A stretch of 61,808 bases of DNA from an uncultured Clostridia bacterium (lineage in GTDB: Bacteria > Bacillota > Clostridia > Oscillospirales > CAG-272), in NCBI GenBank assembly GCA_947625805.1, contig CANQPT010000006.1, positions 1 to 61,808 on the forward strand. Reading direction: 5' to 3'. Of this stretch, positions 28,127-38,969 are shown piece by piece. How positions within the stretch are numbered: position 1 is the stretch's first letter; every line of letters begins with the position of its first letter. The position numbers and the translations under genes are program-made. A model generated the notes under the pieces. That model saw nothing but the letters and a program-made list of their open reading frames with translations, made no database searches and was not told where the DNA came from.

Positions 28127-29728
28127 ATGAAAAACAAGTTGTTGACCGTGTTGATCGTGATCGCAATGTTAATTCCCGGTATTATCGCCGTTGCCAACTA
28201 TACCTATCTGAAAAATACGCCCATCGAATACCGCAATCTTTCGCGGGTGGATATTACCGACCTTTCGGGCGAGCGCTTTGAACTTGCGCATGGGCAGGAC
28301 GATGCCACCAACCGGGCGTTGGACTTTTTTGTGAGCATGAATCGCAACGCCCGCAGTGTGGACGCTCTCCCGCAGGAACTCTCTGAGGCGTCTGCGTTTA
28401 CCTTTACCTATTACAGCTATCAGGTCAAGACCGACTATCAATACTATTTCTCGCTCTCGCCCGATAACGCCTACTATGTCAACGACAAGGGTGCGGCATA
28501 TAAGATCACGGCGGCGGACGCAACGTCATTTTTGTGCACTGCTTATGCAAGATCTCTGTACGGGGACAACACTCCCCCGGTGCTGACCCTGTCGGATGCC
28601 GCCCCGGTCATTCCCTCCGCGATCAAGTGGACCTTCCGGGACGTGGACAGTCAGTATGTCGACTACGCCTCTGCTTATGAAACCACCAAGTCGGTTTCCT
28701 CTTACGAGATGGCCTCCAACTTCGGAATGAAATTTTCGCGGGAGCCGGATTACTTCTATGTGACCATCTCTCAGAACGATACGACGCTTTATCAGGGTGA
28801 ATATGGCTCCTTGACTCTGCCTGCCGCCCTCGACTTGGATCAACCTGCGACGGTAGAGGTGTCTGCCGAATGGTATGAGTCCGTTGACCATATCTACGCA
28901 GGCAGCGCTACCTATCGCTTTTATGCCAATCTTGTTCCGCCGCCGTCTTTCAGTCTGATCTCCAGCGACGGGGATTACGCCGAACAGGGAAGTATGCTGA
29001 TCCTTACGGGCAAGAACATTAAAAACCCGTCGGATATTACCGTTACTTCATCTCCCGACATTGAATACACGCCCAAATGGTTTTCCAACAGTGAAACCGG
29101 ATCGGTTTACGCACTCATTCCCATTCCGATCGCCGATTACCAAGAGGTCGATTCCTTTACCTTTACAGTGAGTTCCGGCGGCTCTTCCAGCACACTTTCG
29201 GTGCCCTATCAGGCCAATAAATTCTCGACTCTGAGCGGTCTTGCGGAGGCTACGTTTGATTCCGAGTTTGAAGCCATCTCGGCGCAGATCGCAGATCCTT
29301 CCGACGGTGCGATCTACTTTGACGGAACTTTCGTCAATCCTGTCAGAGATACTGCCGGCCTAAAAGGCTACGGCCGTATGGTGGACGGCACATACCGTCA
29401 TAACGGCGTGGACTTTACCAATGTCAACGCCGGTGACTCGGTGAGCTGCGGGGCGGCGGGTACGGTTGCTTATATCGGCAATCTGACCACCGGTCAAAGT
29501 CTGGTCGTGATCGAGCACGGTCTCGGGCTGCGTTCCTGGTACGTCAATCTCGGCTCGGTGAGCGCCGAGTTGAGTATTGGAGCGCAGGTGGAAAAGGGTG
29601 CGAGCATCGGCACCTGCGGCGGAGGCAGTCTGCACTGCTCGTTTACCGTGTTTGACAAGCCGGTTTCTCCCTACAAGTTCTGGGCGTTCACCCCAACCGA
29701 CAATCCGGATTATTTGAAATTGAGTTAG
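28127..29728 (+). CDS. Membrane-anchored M23/LytM-domain protein
   Basis: N-terminal TM; C-terminal HNGVDF, IEHG.G..SWY..L, SLH. Confidence 0.75.
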   Translation: MKNKLLTVLIVIAMLIPGIIAVANYTYLKNTPIEYRNLSRVDITDLSGERFELAHGQDDATNRALDFFVSMNRNARSVDALPQELSEASAFTFTYYSYQVKTDYQYYFSLSPDNAYYVNDKGAAYKITAADATSFLCTAYARSLYGDNTPPVLTLSDAAPVIPSAIKWTFRDVDSQYVDYASAYETTKSVSSYEMASNFGMKFSREPDYFYVTISQNDTTLYQGEYGSLTLPAALDLDQPATVEVSAEWYESVDHIYAGSATYRFYANLVPPPSFSLISSDGDYAEQGSMLILTGKNIKNPSDITVTSSPDIEYTPKWFSNSETGSVYALIPIPIADYQEVDSFTFTVSSGGSSSTLSVPYQANKFSTLSGLAEATFDSEFEAISAQIADPSDGAIYFDGTFVNPVRDTAGLKGYGRMVDGTYRHNGVDFTNVNAGDSVSCGAAGTVAYIGNLTTGQSLVVIEHGLGLRSWYVNLGSVSAELSIGAQVEKGASIGTCGGGSLHCSFTVFDKPVSPYKFWAFTPTDNPDYLKLS

Positions 29729-29816
29729 GGTCTTACTTTGCTTGGAAACAAAATACGCTCCCGCCATATAATGATAAAGGATCGGCACAAGCGGTCCCAA
29801 TCAAATTCAGGGAGAT

Positions 29817-30002
29817 ATGAAAATGTGTGACTACGAAACCGGCAACAACGGTTGCGGCTGCGGATGCGGCAATTCGGGCAACAACTATCCGTCGAACAAC
29901 GGCTGCGGATGCGGATGCAATATTCTCGGTTTGTCCGATGACACTCTGCTGATCATCGCAATCATCATCCTCTTTATTCTGCTGTTCTGCGGCAACAACT
30001 GA
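29817..30002 (+). CDS. Small Cys/Gly-rich membrane protein, probably sporulation-related
   Basis: NNGCGCGC x2, hydrophobic C-terminus, GGGAG RBS, upstream CATATAAT box, downstream terminator. Confidence 0.65.
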   Translation: MKMCDYETGNNGCGCGCGNSGNNYPSNNGCGCGCNILGLSDDTLLIIAIIILFILLFCGNN

Positions 30003-30124
30003 TCTACTGAACGGCGGACTTTCCGCCTTTCGTGACCTGATCCGGCGGCCTTTGGCCGTCGGATTTTTCTTTTTTCTGCGCAAGAAGTCTTGTAAAAAGG
30101 ACGGTTTTGTTGTATCATTATGGT

Positions 30125-30988
30125 ATGGACGCACGGACGATCAAGGAAAATAACTCACGGCTGCTCACGCTTATGAGCGCCTACTTAAACTGCTTTGCCG
30201 ACGCTATCGACGACACAGACGTGCAAGAAATCGCACGCTCTTGTTCGGTGTCGCCCCGCTATGCCTATGCCCAACTGCTGGCGGCTTCGTGCGGCCTTGA
30301 TACTCTCGGCGCGGATGCACAGTTCTTTCGGGAGTGGATGCTCCCCATGCTCTCTACCCCCGACCCAACGAAATTCGAGCGGGACGCATATCTGCGCACC
30401 GTGCGCTTTCCCGAGGCGGCAAGCGGCGACTGGACCTTTACCTACGGACGGTATGCACCATACGAGGCATTTGTCTGCGGCGACCTGCGCACATTCCCAA
30501 ACGGCAAGGTCTTGCCCACAGTCGGCTTCTTCGAGCGGGAGTATGTCTTTCCGTCGGTACAGGAGCACGGACGGGAATGGATGTGCGTCGTTCCAAACGA
30601 GATCGTGACCATGGCCGCCCCACTTGGGCGGGCGTCCGGAAACGTGCTCACCTACGGCCTCGGCCTCGGGTATTTCGCCTTTCATGCGTCGGGCAAAGAC
30701 ACGGTAACACGGGTAGACGTCGTCGAGCGGGACGAGAAAGTGATCGAACTGTTTGAAAAATACCTGCTCCCGCAATTCCCGCATAGCGGAAAGATCCGCG
30801 TTATCTGCGCCGACGCGCTGGATTTCGCCCGGGAGAGGGCGGCGGGTTACGACTATATCTTCGCCGATATCTGGCATGACCCGTCGGACGGCGTGCCGCT
30901 CTATCGCAGGTTAAAAGAGTACGAATCCTGTGCCCCCGGCGCACGCTTTGACTACTGGTGCGAGGACACGATCATACACTATCTGTGA
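30125..30988 (+). CDS. SAM-dependent methyltransferase-fold protein (spermidine synthase-like)
   Basis: VLTYGLGLGY, VDVVE, ICADA, YDYIFADIW. Confidence 0.75.
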   Translation: MDARTIKENNSRLLTLMSAYLNCFADAIDDTDVQEIARSCSVSPRYAYAQLLAASCGLDTLGADAQFFREWMLPMLSTPDPTKFERDAYLRTVRFPEAASGDWTFTYGRYAPYEAFVCGDLRTFPNGKVLPTVGFFEREYVFPSVQEHGREWMCVVPNEIVTMAAPLGRASGNVLTYGLGLGYFAFHASGKDTVTRVDVVERDEKVIELFEKYLLPQFPHSGKIRVICADALDFARERAAGYDYIFADIWHDPSDGVPLYRRLKEYESCAPGARFDYWCEDTIIHYL

Positions 30989-31025
30989 TAAAAACTACAA
31001 ACTTATTACTCACAAGGAGACCGCT

Positions 31026-32252
31026 ATGGCATATCAACCGCTGGCAGACCGGATGCGTCCCACCGATTTTTCGGAGATCGCGGGACAGGCGCACCTGTTC
31101 GGAAAAAACGGCGCAATCAGCCGCATGATTGAGCGCGGATATTACACCAACATGATCTTTTTCGGCCCGCCCGGTACCGGAAAAACCACCACCGCCCGCC
31201 TGATTGCACAGCGCTCAGGTATGCAGTTACACCACCTGAACGCCACCACCGCCTCGCTTTCCGACGTCAAGGAGGTCATCGCCTCAACTGCCGGCCTGTT
31301 TGCCCAAAACGGCGTGCTTTTGTATCTCGACGAGATCCAGTATTTCAACAAAAAGCAACAGCAAAGCCTGCTCGAGTACATCGAGGACGGCAGACTGACC
31401 CTGATCGCCTCCACTACGGAAAACCCGTACCTATATATTTACAACGCCATCCTATCCCGCTCGGCTGTGCTCGAGTTTTACGCCCTCGAGGCAAAAGACA
31501 TCGTTCCGGTCATCGAGCGGGCGGTCGAACGCTTAAACCAAGAGAACAAAAAAATCACCTTTACTCCCGAGGCAGTCGCCTATATCGCCGACAGCGCGGC
31601 GGGGGACGTGCGCCGTGCGCTCATGCTGACCGAAAACGCCTATTTCACCTCGGACGGCACGGTAGAGCCGGAGCACCTCAAAGCGCTTACCCCACGGGTG
31701 ATCGGCAACTTCGACAAGAGCGGCACGGTACACTACGACCTGCTGTCCGCCCTGCAAAAGTCGATTCGAGGCTCCGACCCTGACGCGGCCATCTTTTATC
31801 TTTGCAAGATCCTTGAGGGCGGCGACCTGTTAGGCGCTTGCAGACGATTACAGGTGATCGCAAGCGAGGACATCGGGCTTGCATATCCGCAGGCGGCGGC
31901 CATCGTGCGCGCCTGCGTGGAAAGCGCAAAGGATTTGGGTATGCCCGAGGCGACCATTCCGCTCTCCAACGCGACCGTCCTTCTTGCCACCGCACCCAAA
32001 TCCAACACGGCAAAGAGCGCCTATGCCGCGGCCAAGGCGGCTGTGGACGCGGGCAAAGGGCAGAGCCTGCCGCCCTATATGCGCCCATCTAACCAATACG
32101 AGGGTTACCGCTACCCCCACGACTACCCGAACGCATGGGTGGACCAGCAGTATCTTCCCGACGATCTGGCCGGAGCGGAATTTTACAAATACGGAAAAAA
32201 CAAAACCGAGCAGGCGGCCAAAGCATACTGGGAAAAGATCAAGAACAAATGA
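31026..32252 (+). CDS. rarA: Replication-associated recombination protein A
   Basis: PLADRMRP, GPPGTGKTT, TTENP, SALQKSIRGSDPDAA, ASEDIGLA. Confidence 0.95.
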   Translation: MAYQPLADRMRPTDFSEIAGQAHLFGKNGAISRMIERGYYTNMIFFGPPGTGKTTTARLIAQRSGMQLHHLNATTASLSDVKEVIASTAGLFAQNGVLLYLDEIQYFNKKQQQSLLEYIEDGRLTLIASTTENPYLYIYNAILSRSAVLEFYALEAKDIVPVIERAVERLNQENKKITFTPEAVAYIADSAAGDVRRALMLTENAYFTSDGTVEPEHLKALTPRVIGNFDKSGTVHYDLLSALQKSIRGSDPDAAIFYLCKILEGGDLLGACRRLQVIASEDIGLAYPQAAAIVRACVESAKDLGMPEATIPLSNATVLLATAPKSNTAKSAYAAAKAAVDAGKGQSLPPYMRPSNQYEGYRYPHDYPNAWVDQQYLPDDLAGAEFYKYGKNKTEQAAKAYWEKIKNK

Positions 32253-33985
32253 AACAAAAACATCAGATCCGGCGATTTCTGCCGTACTACAAAAAATACA
32301 TGGGCACCATGGTCTTTGACCTGGTGTGTGCCGCCTTTACAACCGTGTGTGAACTGGTACTGCCCATGATTGTGCGCACGGTCACCAACCGGGCTACCTA
32401 CGATATCGCGGCACTGACCGTGCCGTTCATTCTTCGCATGGGCGGACTTTATCTTCTCTTAAGGCTGGTCGACGCGGCGGCCTACTACTACATGGCGTCT
32501 GTGGGTCACATCATGGGTACTAAGATCGAGACGGATATGCGCGCCGACTTGTTCTCCCATTTGCAGACCCTGTCTTTCCGCTATTATGACGACGTCAAGA
32601 TCGGCACGATCATGAGCCGGATTACCAGCGATCTGTTTGACGTGACCGAGTTTGCTCATCACTGCCCGGAGGAGTTTTTCATCGCCTTTGTCAAGATTTT
32701 TATTTCATTCATTATCCTCTGCACGCTGAATATTCCGCTGACCCTGATCGTGTTTGCGGTCATTCCTTTTATGATCGCGGTGCTGATCTTCTTCAATACC
32801 CGTCTGCGGGCCGGCTTCCGGGAACAGCGGGAGAAGCTCGGCATTCTCAACTCCCAGGTCGAGGACAGCCTCTTAGGCATACGGGTGGTCAAGAGTTTTA
32901 CCGCCGAGAAGATCGAGCAAGAAAAATTCGGCGCGGGCAACCGGGAATTTCTCGGCATCAAAAGCCGGGTCTACGGCTACATGGGACAGTTCCAGTCGGC
33001 CAACCGCTTTTTTGAGGGATTTCTCTACATCATCGTGGTGGCAGCGGGTACGCTTTTTTTGATAAACGGGAAGATTAATCCGGGAGATCTGATCGCCTAC
33101 CTCTTGTATGTGACAACGCTGATCGCTTCTATTCGGAAAATCGTCGAATTCGGCGAGCAGTTCCAGCGAGGCATGAGCGGCATCGACCGCTTTTACGAGA
33201 TCATGGACGAGATCCCCGACGTGACCGACGCGCCGGACGCTCGCCCGGTGGGCGAGGTGCGCGGCGAGTTATGCTTTGAGAACGTGAGTTTTGCCTATCA
33301 CGAGGAGGGCGCGAAAGTGCTCTCCGGGCTGAATCTCACGGTCCCTGCCGGGCAGAAGGTCGCGTTGGTCGGCCCCTCCGGCGGCGGAAAGACCACCCTG
33401 TGTTCGCTCATTCCGCGCTTTTACGACATCACCGACGGGCGCATCACCTTGGACGGCGTGGATATACACACCTACACCCTGCGCTCACTGCGTGAGAAGA
33501 TCGGCGTGGTGCAACAGGACGTCTATCTTTTCTCGGGCAGTGTGCGGGAAAATATCGCCTACGGCCGCCCGGGTGCGGACGACGCCGAGATTATCGCCGC
33601 CGCAAAGAACGCAGGCGCACATGAATTTATCACAGAACTGCCCGACGGGTACGACACCTATGTGGGCGAACGGGGGGTCAAACTGTCCGGCGGGCAGAAA
33701 CAGCGCATTTCCATCGCCCGGGTCTTTTTGAAAAACCCGCCTATCCTGATTCTGGATGAAGCGACCAGTGCGCTTGACAACCAAAGCGAGCGCATCGTAC
33801 AGCGCTCTCTTGAAGAACTTTCACGCGGCAGGACCTCGCTGATCGTAGCCCACCGCCTGTCCACAATCCGCTCGGCCGACCGGATTGTCGTGCTTACCGC
33901 CGACGGTATCGCCGAGCAGGGCACACACGCCGAACTGCTTGCCAAAGACGGTATTTATGCCCGCCTGTGGAACAGTGCGCAATAA
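32249..33985 (+). CDS. ABC exporter, fused permease/ATPase
   Basis: TM domain plus GPSGGGKT, LSGGQKQR, DEATSALD. Confidence 0.93.
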   Translation: MKQKHQIRRFLPYYKKYMGTMVFDLVCAAFTTVCELVLPMIVRTVTNRATYDIAALTVPFILRMGGLYLLLRLVDAAAYYYMASVGHIMGTKIETDMRADLFSHLQTLSFRYYDDVKIGTIMSRITSDLFDVTEFAHHCPEEFFIAFVKIFISFIILCTLNIPLTLIVFAVIPFMIAVLIFFNTRLRAGFREQREKLGILNSQVEDSLLGIRVVKSFTAEKIEQEKFGAGNREFLGIKSRVYGYMGQFQSANRFFEGFLYIIVVAAGTLFLINGKINPGDLIAYLLYVTTLIASIRKIVEFGEQFQRGMSGIDRFYEIMDEIPDVTDAPDARPVGEVRGELCFENVSFAYHEEGAKVLSGLNLTVPAGQKVALVGPSGGGKTTLCSLIPRFYDITDGRITLDGVDIHTYTLRSLREKIGVVQQDVYLFSGSVRENIAYGRPGADDAEIIAAAKNAGAHEFITELPDGYDTYVGERGVKLSGGQKQRISIARVFLKNPPILILDEATSALDNQSERIVQRSLEELSRGRTSLIVAHRLSTIRSADRIVVLTADGIAEQGTHAELLAKDGIYARLWNSAQ

Positions 33986-34044
33986 AAAATACGAATGCCC
34001 TTCCGCCAACTTCGGAACGCGGACGCCAAGTAGTATGCGGAGCA

Positions 34045-34085
34045 TAAAAAAGTTCGGAAAGCATTGCTTTCCGAACTTTTTTTAT
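34045..34085. terminator. Bidirectional terminator
   Basis: ATAAAAAAGTTCGGAAAGC/GCTTTCCGAACTTTTTTAT. Confidence 0.85.
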
Positions 34086-35317
34086 CAAAAGATCGACTTT
34101 AGTAAGGTGCTCAGTTTGGGGCGGTTGCCGTAGAGCAGGACGCCCACGCGGTAGATCTTTGCGGCCAGCACGCCGACGCCCACGACCGATGCGATCAGGA
34201 TTGCCACAGAAGCTAAGATCTCATACCACGGTACGGCGCTCATGGCGATGCGGGTAAACATTGCCATGGGCGAGGTGAAAGGTACAAACGAGCAGACCCG
34301 CATGAGCGGGGTGTCCACCGTATTTGCGGAAAGGGAAAACATCACAACCAGGAATGCGATGACAAACAGCATGGTGACCGGCATGACCGCAGTGTTGATG
34401 TCCTCGAGTTTGGAGGCTGTGGAGCCGATGGCGCCGTACAAAAACGCATAGATGAAGAATCCCAGCAGGGAGAAGATCAGCATATAGGCAAACAGTTCGG
34501 GCGGCATATCAAAGATCGAGGCGACAATCGCGTTATCTCCCCAATAGCCACGATTGATGGAATAGAAAACCAAGGCAGAACCGAATACCGCGATCAGTTG
34601 AATCAGCCCCGCAATACAGGAGGCGATTACCTTTCCGAACATCATGCCGGTTGGGTCTGTACTGGTAATCAGCACTTCCATCGCCCGGGAACTTTTCTCG
34701 CTTGCCACGTTGGTGGCCACCATTTGTCCGTAGAGCAGAATGACCATGTATAGGGCAAAGATCATAATATAGGTATAAAAATAGTTTTCAAACTGATCCT
34801 TACCCAGACTGACCGTCTGAGAATCGATGGGGCAAGACAGAATCTGTTCGGCCTGCTCGGCCGATAAGCCCAGTTCAAGCATGGTCTGCATCCGATAGGT
34901 GCTTTGCAGAACCTCGTCGGCGATGGTCGTGTTCATATCGTACATGGATAGGTTATCCACAAGATAGGTGTAAGCGGAAAGCGACCGGATCTCAAAGGCA
35001 CATTCTGCCTCTCCCTGCAGGATCTGCTCCCGCAGAGCGTCGGGGTCTGAGTCGGTAGATCGTACGTCATAGTCGGTAAATGCGGAAGAGAATGCCTCAC
35101 ACACGATCGGCGCAAGCTCCTCCTGTTCGGCGCGGATGAGCATGACCGGACGCGGACCGTCATCGACCGTATCTTCCTGATCGAAGAATTCTAAAACACG
35201 CGGGAAAAACATCACGCCGCAAATGAGCAACACAAGAAAGACGGTCACGCCTACAAAGATCTTATTCTTCAAATAATATTTTAACTCAAATTTGAGAATC
35301 GTACAAAACTGTTTCAT
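34085..35317 (-). CDS. ABC-2 type permease (NatB/YhaP-like)
   Basis: EKSSRAMEVL, multiple TM helices. Confidence 0.88.
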   Translation of the reverse strand: MKQFCTILKFELKYYLKNKIFVGVTVFLVLLICGVMFFPRVLEFFDQEDTVDDGPRPVMLIRAEQEELAPIVCEAFSSAFTDYDVRSTDSDPDALREQILQGEAECAFEIRSLSAYTYLVDNLSMYDMNTTIADEVLQSTYRMQTMLELGLSAEQAEQILSCPIDSQTVSLGKDQFENYFYTYIMIFALYMVILLYGQMVATNVASEKSSRAMEVLITSTDPTGMMFGKVIASCIAGLIQLIAVFGSALVFYSINRGYWGDNAIVASIFDMPPELFAYMLIFSLLGFFIYAFLYGAIGSTASKLEDINTAVMPVTMLFVIAFLVVMFSLSANTVDTPLMRVCSFVPFTSPMAMFTRIAMSAVPWYEILASVAILIASVVGVGVLAAKIYRVGVLLYGNRPKLSTLLKSIF

Positions 35318-36204
35318 GCTTTACCTCCCGCGTATTCAACGAAAATATCGCTCAGCGACGGCTCGAACACCTTGATCTCGTCGATATCGTACGCTCCGGT
35401 GAGCTGCTGCATGGTCGCCTGCTTGCCGACGCCTTCGGAAAGACGGATTAACAGCGAGCCGTCCTCCATGACCGTGCAGGCGTCGCCGTATTTCTCGCGG
35501 ATAGGCTCTGCCTGCTCGGTGCGCACTACCAGCCGGTTGCGGCGGGAGTCGCGCTTAATCTGCCGCAGGTTTCCCTGCAGGGCGATTTCTCCGGCGTTCA
35601 GAATGGCAATATCGTCGCAAAATTCTTCGATATAATTCATCTGATGACTGGAGAACAGCACGATCTTGCCCCGTGCGATCTCCTCTTTGACCACGTCCTT
35701 GAGCAGCATGGCATTGACCGGGTCAAGGCCGGAAAATGGCTCGTCGAGAATAATGATATGCGGGTCGTGCGCAAGGGCGGTCACCAACTGGATTTTCTGC
35801 TGATTGCCCTTGGAGAGGGTGTCGAGACGCTTGTTCCGGTATTCGGTCATGCCTAAGCGCTCAAGCCACCGATCGACCGCGTGTCCTGCGTCTTTGCGGC
35901 GCATACCCTTGAGTTCGGCGAAGTAGGTGAGTTGATCGAAAATGATCTTCTTGGGGTACAGTCCCCGTTCTTCAGGCAGATAGCCGATCTGTATCTTTTT
36001 GTGGTCGATGGGTGCGCCGTCTATGCGGATTTCTCCTTTGTCCGCCGGGAATACACCCATCAGAATGCGGATGGTGGTGGTTTTTCCGGCGCCGTTCCGG
36101 CCGAGAAGCCCGAATGCCTTTCCGCTTTCGGCACGCAGGGAAACGCCTTTCAACACAGGATGATCTCCGAAAGATTTTTCGATACCGTCGAGAGTCAGTA
36201 ACAT
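35314..36204 (-). CDS. ABC transporter ATPase (NatA/YhaQ-like)
   Basis: GRNGAGKTT, LSKGNQQK, DEPFSGLD. Confidence 0.92.
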   Translation of the reverse strand: MLLTLDGIEKSFGDHPVLKGVSLRAESGKAFGLLGRNGAGKTTTIRILMGVFPADKGEIRIDGAPIDHKKIQIGYLPEERGLYPKKIIFDQLTYFAELKGMRRKDAGHAVDRWLERLGMTEYRNKRLDTLSKGNQQKIQLVTALAHDPHIIILDEPFSGLDPVNAMLLKDVVKEEIARGKIVLFSSHQMNYIEEFCDDIAILNAGEIALQGNLRQIKRDSRRNRLVVRTEQAEPIREKYGDACTVMEDGSLLIRLSEGVGKQATMQQLTGAYDIDEIKVFEPSLSDIFVEYAGGKA

Positions 36205-36413
36205 TTTTCCTCCTAACGAACAGATTTATTTCATTATATCATGCCGCGCTTGGTAAGTCAATGTAAATCGGTTTTTGCAAAACAAAAAAGCCTCAACCGA
36301 CAATTTTTATAAGGTTATTGTTCAAGTCAATCTTTTGAAGGGCATTCGGAGAGTATCCGCCTGAGTCGCCCACAGGCGGCTCAGGCGGCAAAAGCGGGAA
36401 ACACGAAAGACGG

Positions 36414-36459
36414 CGGCGGGCATTCCCCGAAAAACACGTTGTACCCTGACTACATTGCC
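36414..36459 (+). repeat. Right-end copy of the MITE-like repeat
   Basis: CGGCGGGCATTCCCCGAAAAACACGTTGTACCCTGACTACATTGCC resembles 46551-46596. Confidence 0.7.
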
Positions 36460-38960
36460 TACACGACCTTGTAGCCCTCGGCCTCTACGGCCGACCTGAG
36501 CAGATCGTCCGACAGATCCGCCGTGAGGGTGACGGTCGCGGTACCGCTCTCGTGACTGACGGCCGCCTCGCTCACGCCGTCCAGCGCCTCCAGAGCCTTT
36601 TTCACTCTGGCCTCACAGTGTGCACACATCATGCCTTCAATATGCAGTGTCTTTTCCATGGTTCTCTTCTCCTTTGTCGGTTTTTGTTTGATTTTTCTGT
36701 CGTGGGCGGTATTATGCAACCGGAAAAAGTTCAGCCGCAGGGCGTTGGTCACCACGCAGAAGCTGGACAGGCTCATGGCCGCCGCCGCGAACATGGGATT
36801 CAGTTTCCAGCCTAGCGCGGCGATCAGCGCGCCCGCCGCGATCGGTATTCCGATCACATTGTATAAAAATGCCCAAAACAGGTTCTCTTTGATATTGCGC
36901 AGGGTCGCGCGGGAGAGGCGAATGGCCGCCGGCACGTCCGTCAGGCGGCTGTGCATGAGCACCACGTCCGCCGCGTCAATGGCGACGTCGGTCCCCGCGC
37001 CAATGGCAATGCCGACGTCCGCGCGGGTGAGTGCGGGGGCATCGTTGATGCCGTCGCCCACCATGGCGACCTTGCCCTCCTGCATGAGCGAGCGGATCAC
37101 GCTCTCCTTGCCGTCGGGCAGCACGTCGGCAATCACCTGGTCCACACCCGCCTGCGCGCCGACCGCATCTGCGGTCTTGCGGTTATCTCCGGTCAGCATA
37201 ACCACACGCAGTCCCATCGCGTGTAACTGCGCGATGGCCGCGGGGCTGTCCTCGCGGACGGTGTCCGCCACAGCGATCAGACCGAGCAGTCCTCCGCCGC
37301 AGGCAAAGAAGAGCGGCGTTTTGCCGGCGTCGGCAAGCGCCTCCGCCCGTGTGCGCATGGAATCCGACAGCGCGAACTGCCCGGAAATATATTTCATACT
37401 GCCGCCCGCAATCTTTTTGCCGTCTAAAACCGCACGCAGACCGTTGCCGGGCAGCGCCTCGAAATCGGTGACTTCCGGCGCTTCCGTTCCCTGTTCTTGC
37501 GCGTAAGCGACAATCGCGCCTGCCAGCGGGTGCTCGCTTTTGCGTTCGATGGCATACGCCGTGCGCAAGAGCATATGCTCGTCCGCGCCCTCGGCCGGGA
37601 TCAGATCGGTTACGCGGGGGGTGCCGGAAGTGACCGTACCGGTCTTGTCGAGCACGACAATCTGCACTCTGCCCGCCTGCTCAAGGGAGGCGGCGGTCTT
37701 GAACAAAATGCCGTTTTTGGCGCCCACGCCGTTTCCGACCATGATGGCCACGGGGGTAGCCAGCCCCAACGCGCAGGGACAACTGATGACCAGCACGGAA
37801 ATACCGCGCGCAAGCGCAAAGCCGACCCCCGCTCCGACAAACAGCCAGATGACCGTGGTCAGCGCCGCGATGGCCATGACGGCGGGCACAAAAATGCCGG
37901 ACACACGGTCGGCGATCTTGGCGATGGGCGCTTTGGTGGCCGCCGCCTCGCTGACCATGCGAATGATCTGCGCAAGGGCGGTGTCCTCGCCTACCCGGGT
38001 GGCCTCACACTTGAGAAAGCCGGATGCGTTGAGGGTGGCGGCGTGTACCTCGTCCCCTGCGATCTTATCCACAGGCACGCTTTCGCCGGTTAAAGCCGAC
38101 TCGTTGACCGCGCTCGAACCTTCCAGCACCACGCCGTCCGCCGGGATATTCTCCCCGGGTTTCACTAAGAAAACGTCTGCCCGGCGCACTTTGGCCGCAT
38201 CCACGGTCAATTCCTTGCCGTCCCGCAACACAGTCGCGGTCTTGGGAGTTAAACGCATCAGTGAGCGCAGCGCGTCGGTGGTCTTGCCTTTGGAACGTGC
38301 CTCCAGCGTCTTGCCCACGGTGATCAGGGTGAGAATGGTGGCCGCAGACTCGAAATAAAACTCGTCCATATAGTGCATGACCGCCTGCATATCGCCTGCG
38401 GCCTGCGCGCCGGTCATGGCGAACAGGGCATACACGCTGTAGACAAACGCGGCGGACGCGCCCAGCGCGACCAGCGTGTCCATATTGGGCGCACGGTGGG
38501 CAAGCGCCTTAAATCCGCTGATAAAAAAGCGTTGGTTCATGACCATGACTGCCACGGTCAGCAATAGTTGTGCAATGCCCATGGCAAGGTGATTGCCCGC
38601 CATAAATGCAGGCAGCGGCCAGCCCCACATCATATGTCCCATGGACAGGTACATAAGCGCGATCCAAAAGACCAGCGAAGCGATCAGCCGTCGGAGCAGA
38701 CGGGGCGTTTCGGTGTCTTCCAACAGGGCCTCGTTCTTGGTTGGAGCGGTATTCCGTTGGTCCCCCATACGGGACGCGCCGTACCCTGCCGCTTTGACCG
38801 CAGCGATAATCTCACCCTCGGGGGCAGTACCCTCCACGCCCATGGTGTTGGTCAGCAGACTGACCGAGCAGGCGCTTACGCCGGGGAGAGTCGATACCGC
38901 CTTTTCCACCCGGGCGCTGCAAGCAGCACAACTCATTCCGGTCACACGATACTGTTCCAT
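36459..38960 (-). CDS. copA: Copper-translocating P1B-type ATPase
   Basis: N- and C-terminal GMxCxxC, TGES, CPC, DKTGT, GDGIND, YN, MxxSS. Confidence 0.95.
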   Translation of the reverse strand: MEQYRVTGMSCAACSARVEKAVSTLPGVSACSVSLLTNTMGVEGTAPEGEIIAAVKAAGYGASRMGDQRNTAPTKNEALLEDTETPRLLRRLIASLVFWIALMYLSMGHMMWGWPLPAFMAGNHLAMGIAQLLLTVAVMVMNQRFFISGFKALAHRAPNMDTLVALGASAAFVYSVYALFAMTGAQAAGDMQAVMHYMDEFYFESAATILTLITVGKTLEARSKGKTTDALRSLMRLTPKTATVLRDGKELTVDAAKVRRADVFLVKPGENIPADGVVLEGSSAVNESALTGESVPVDKIAGDEVHAATLNASGFLKCEATRVGEDTALAQIIRMVSEAAATKAPIAKIADRVSGIFVPAVMAIAALTTVIWLFVGAGVGFALARGISVLVISCPCALGLATPVAIMVGNGVGAKNGILFKTAASLEQAGRVQIVVLDKTGTVTSGTPRVTDLIPAEGADEHMLLRTAYAIERKSEHPLAGAIVAYAQEQGTEAPEVTDFEALPGNGLRAVLDGKKIAGGSMKYISGQFALSDSMRTRAEALADAGKTPLFFACGGGLLGLIAVADTVREDSPAAIAQLHAMGLRVVMLTGDNRKTADAVGAQAGVDQVIADVLPDGKESVIRSLMQEGKVAMVGDGINDAPALTRADVGIAIGAGTDVAIDAADVVLMHSRLTDVPAAIRLSRATLRNIKENLFWAFLYNVIGIPIAAGALIAALGWKLNPMFAAAAMSLSSFCVVTNALRLNFFRLHNTAHDRKIKQKPTKEKRTMEKTLHIEGMMCAHCEARVKKALEALDGVSEAAVSHESGTATVTLTADLSDDLLRSAVEAEGYKVV

Positions 38961-38969
38961 GCGCGCCTC

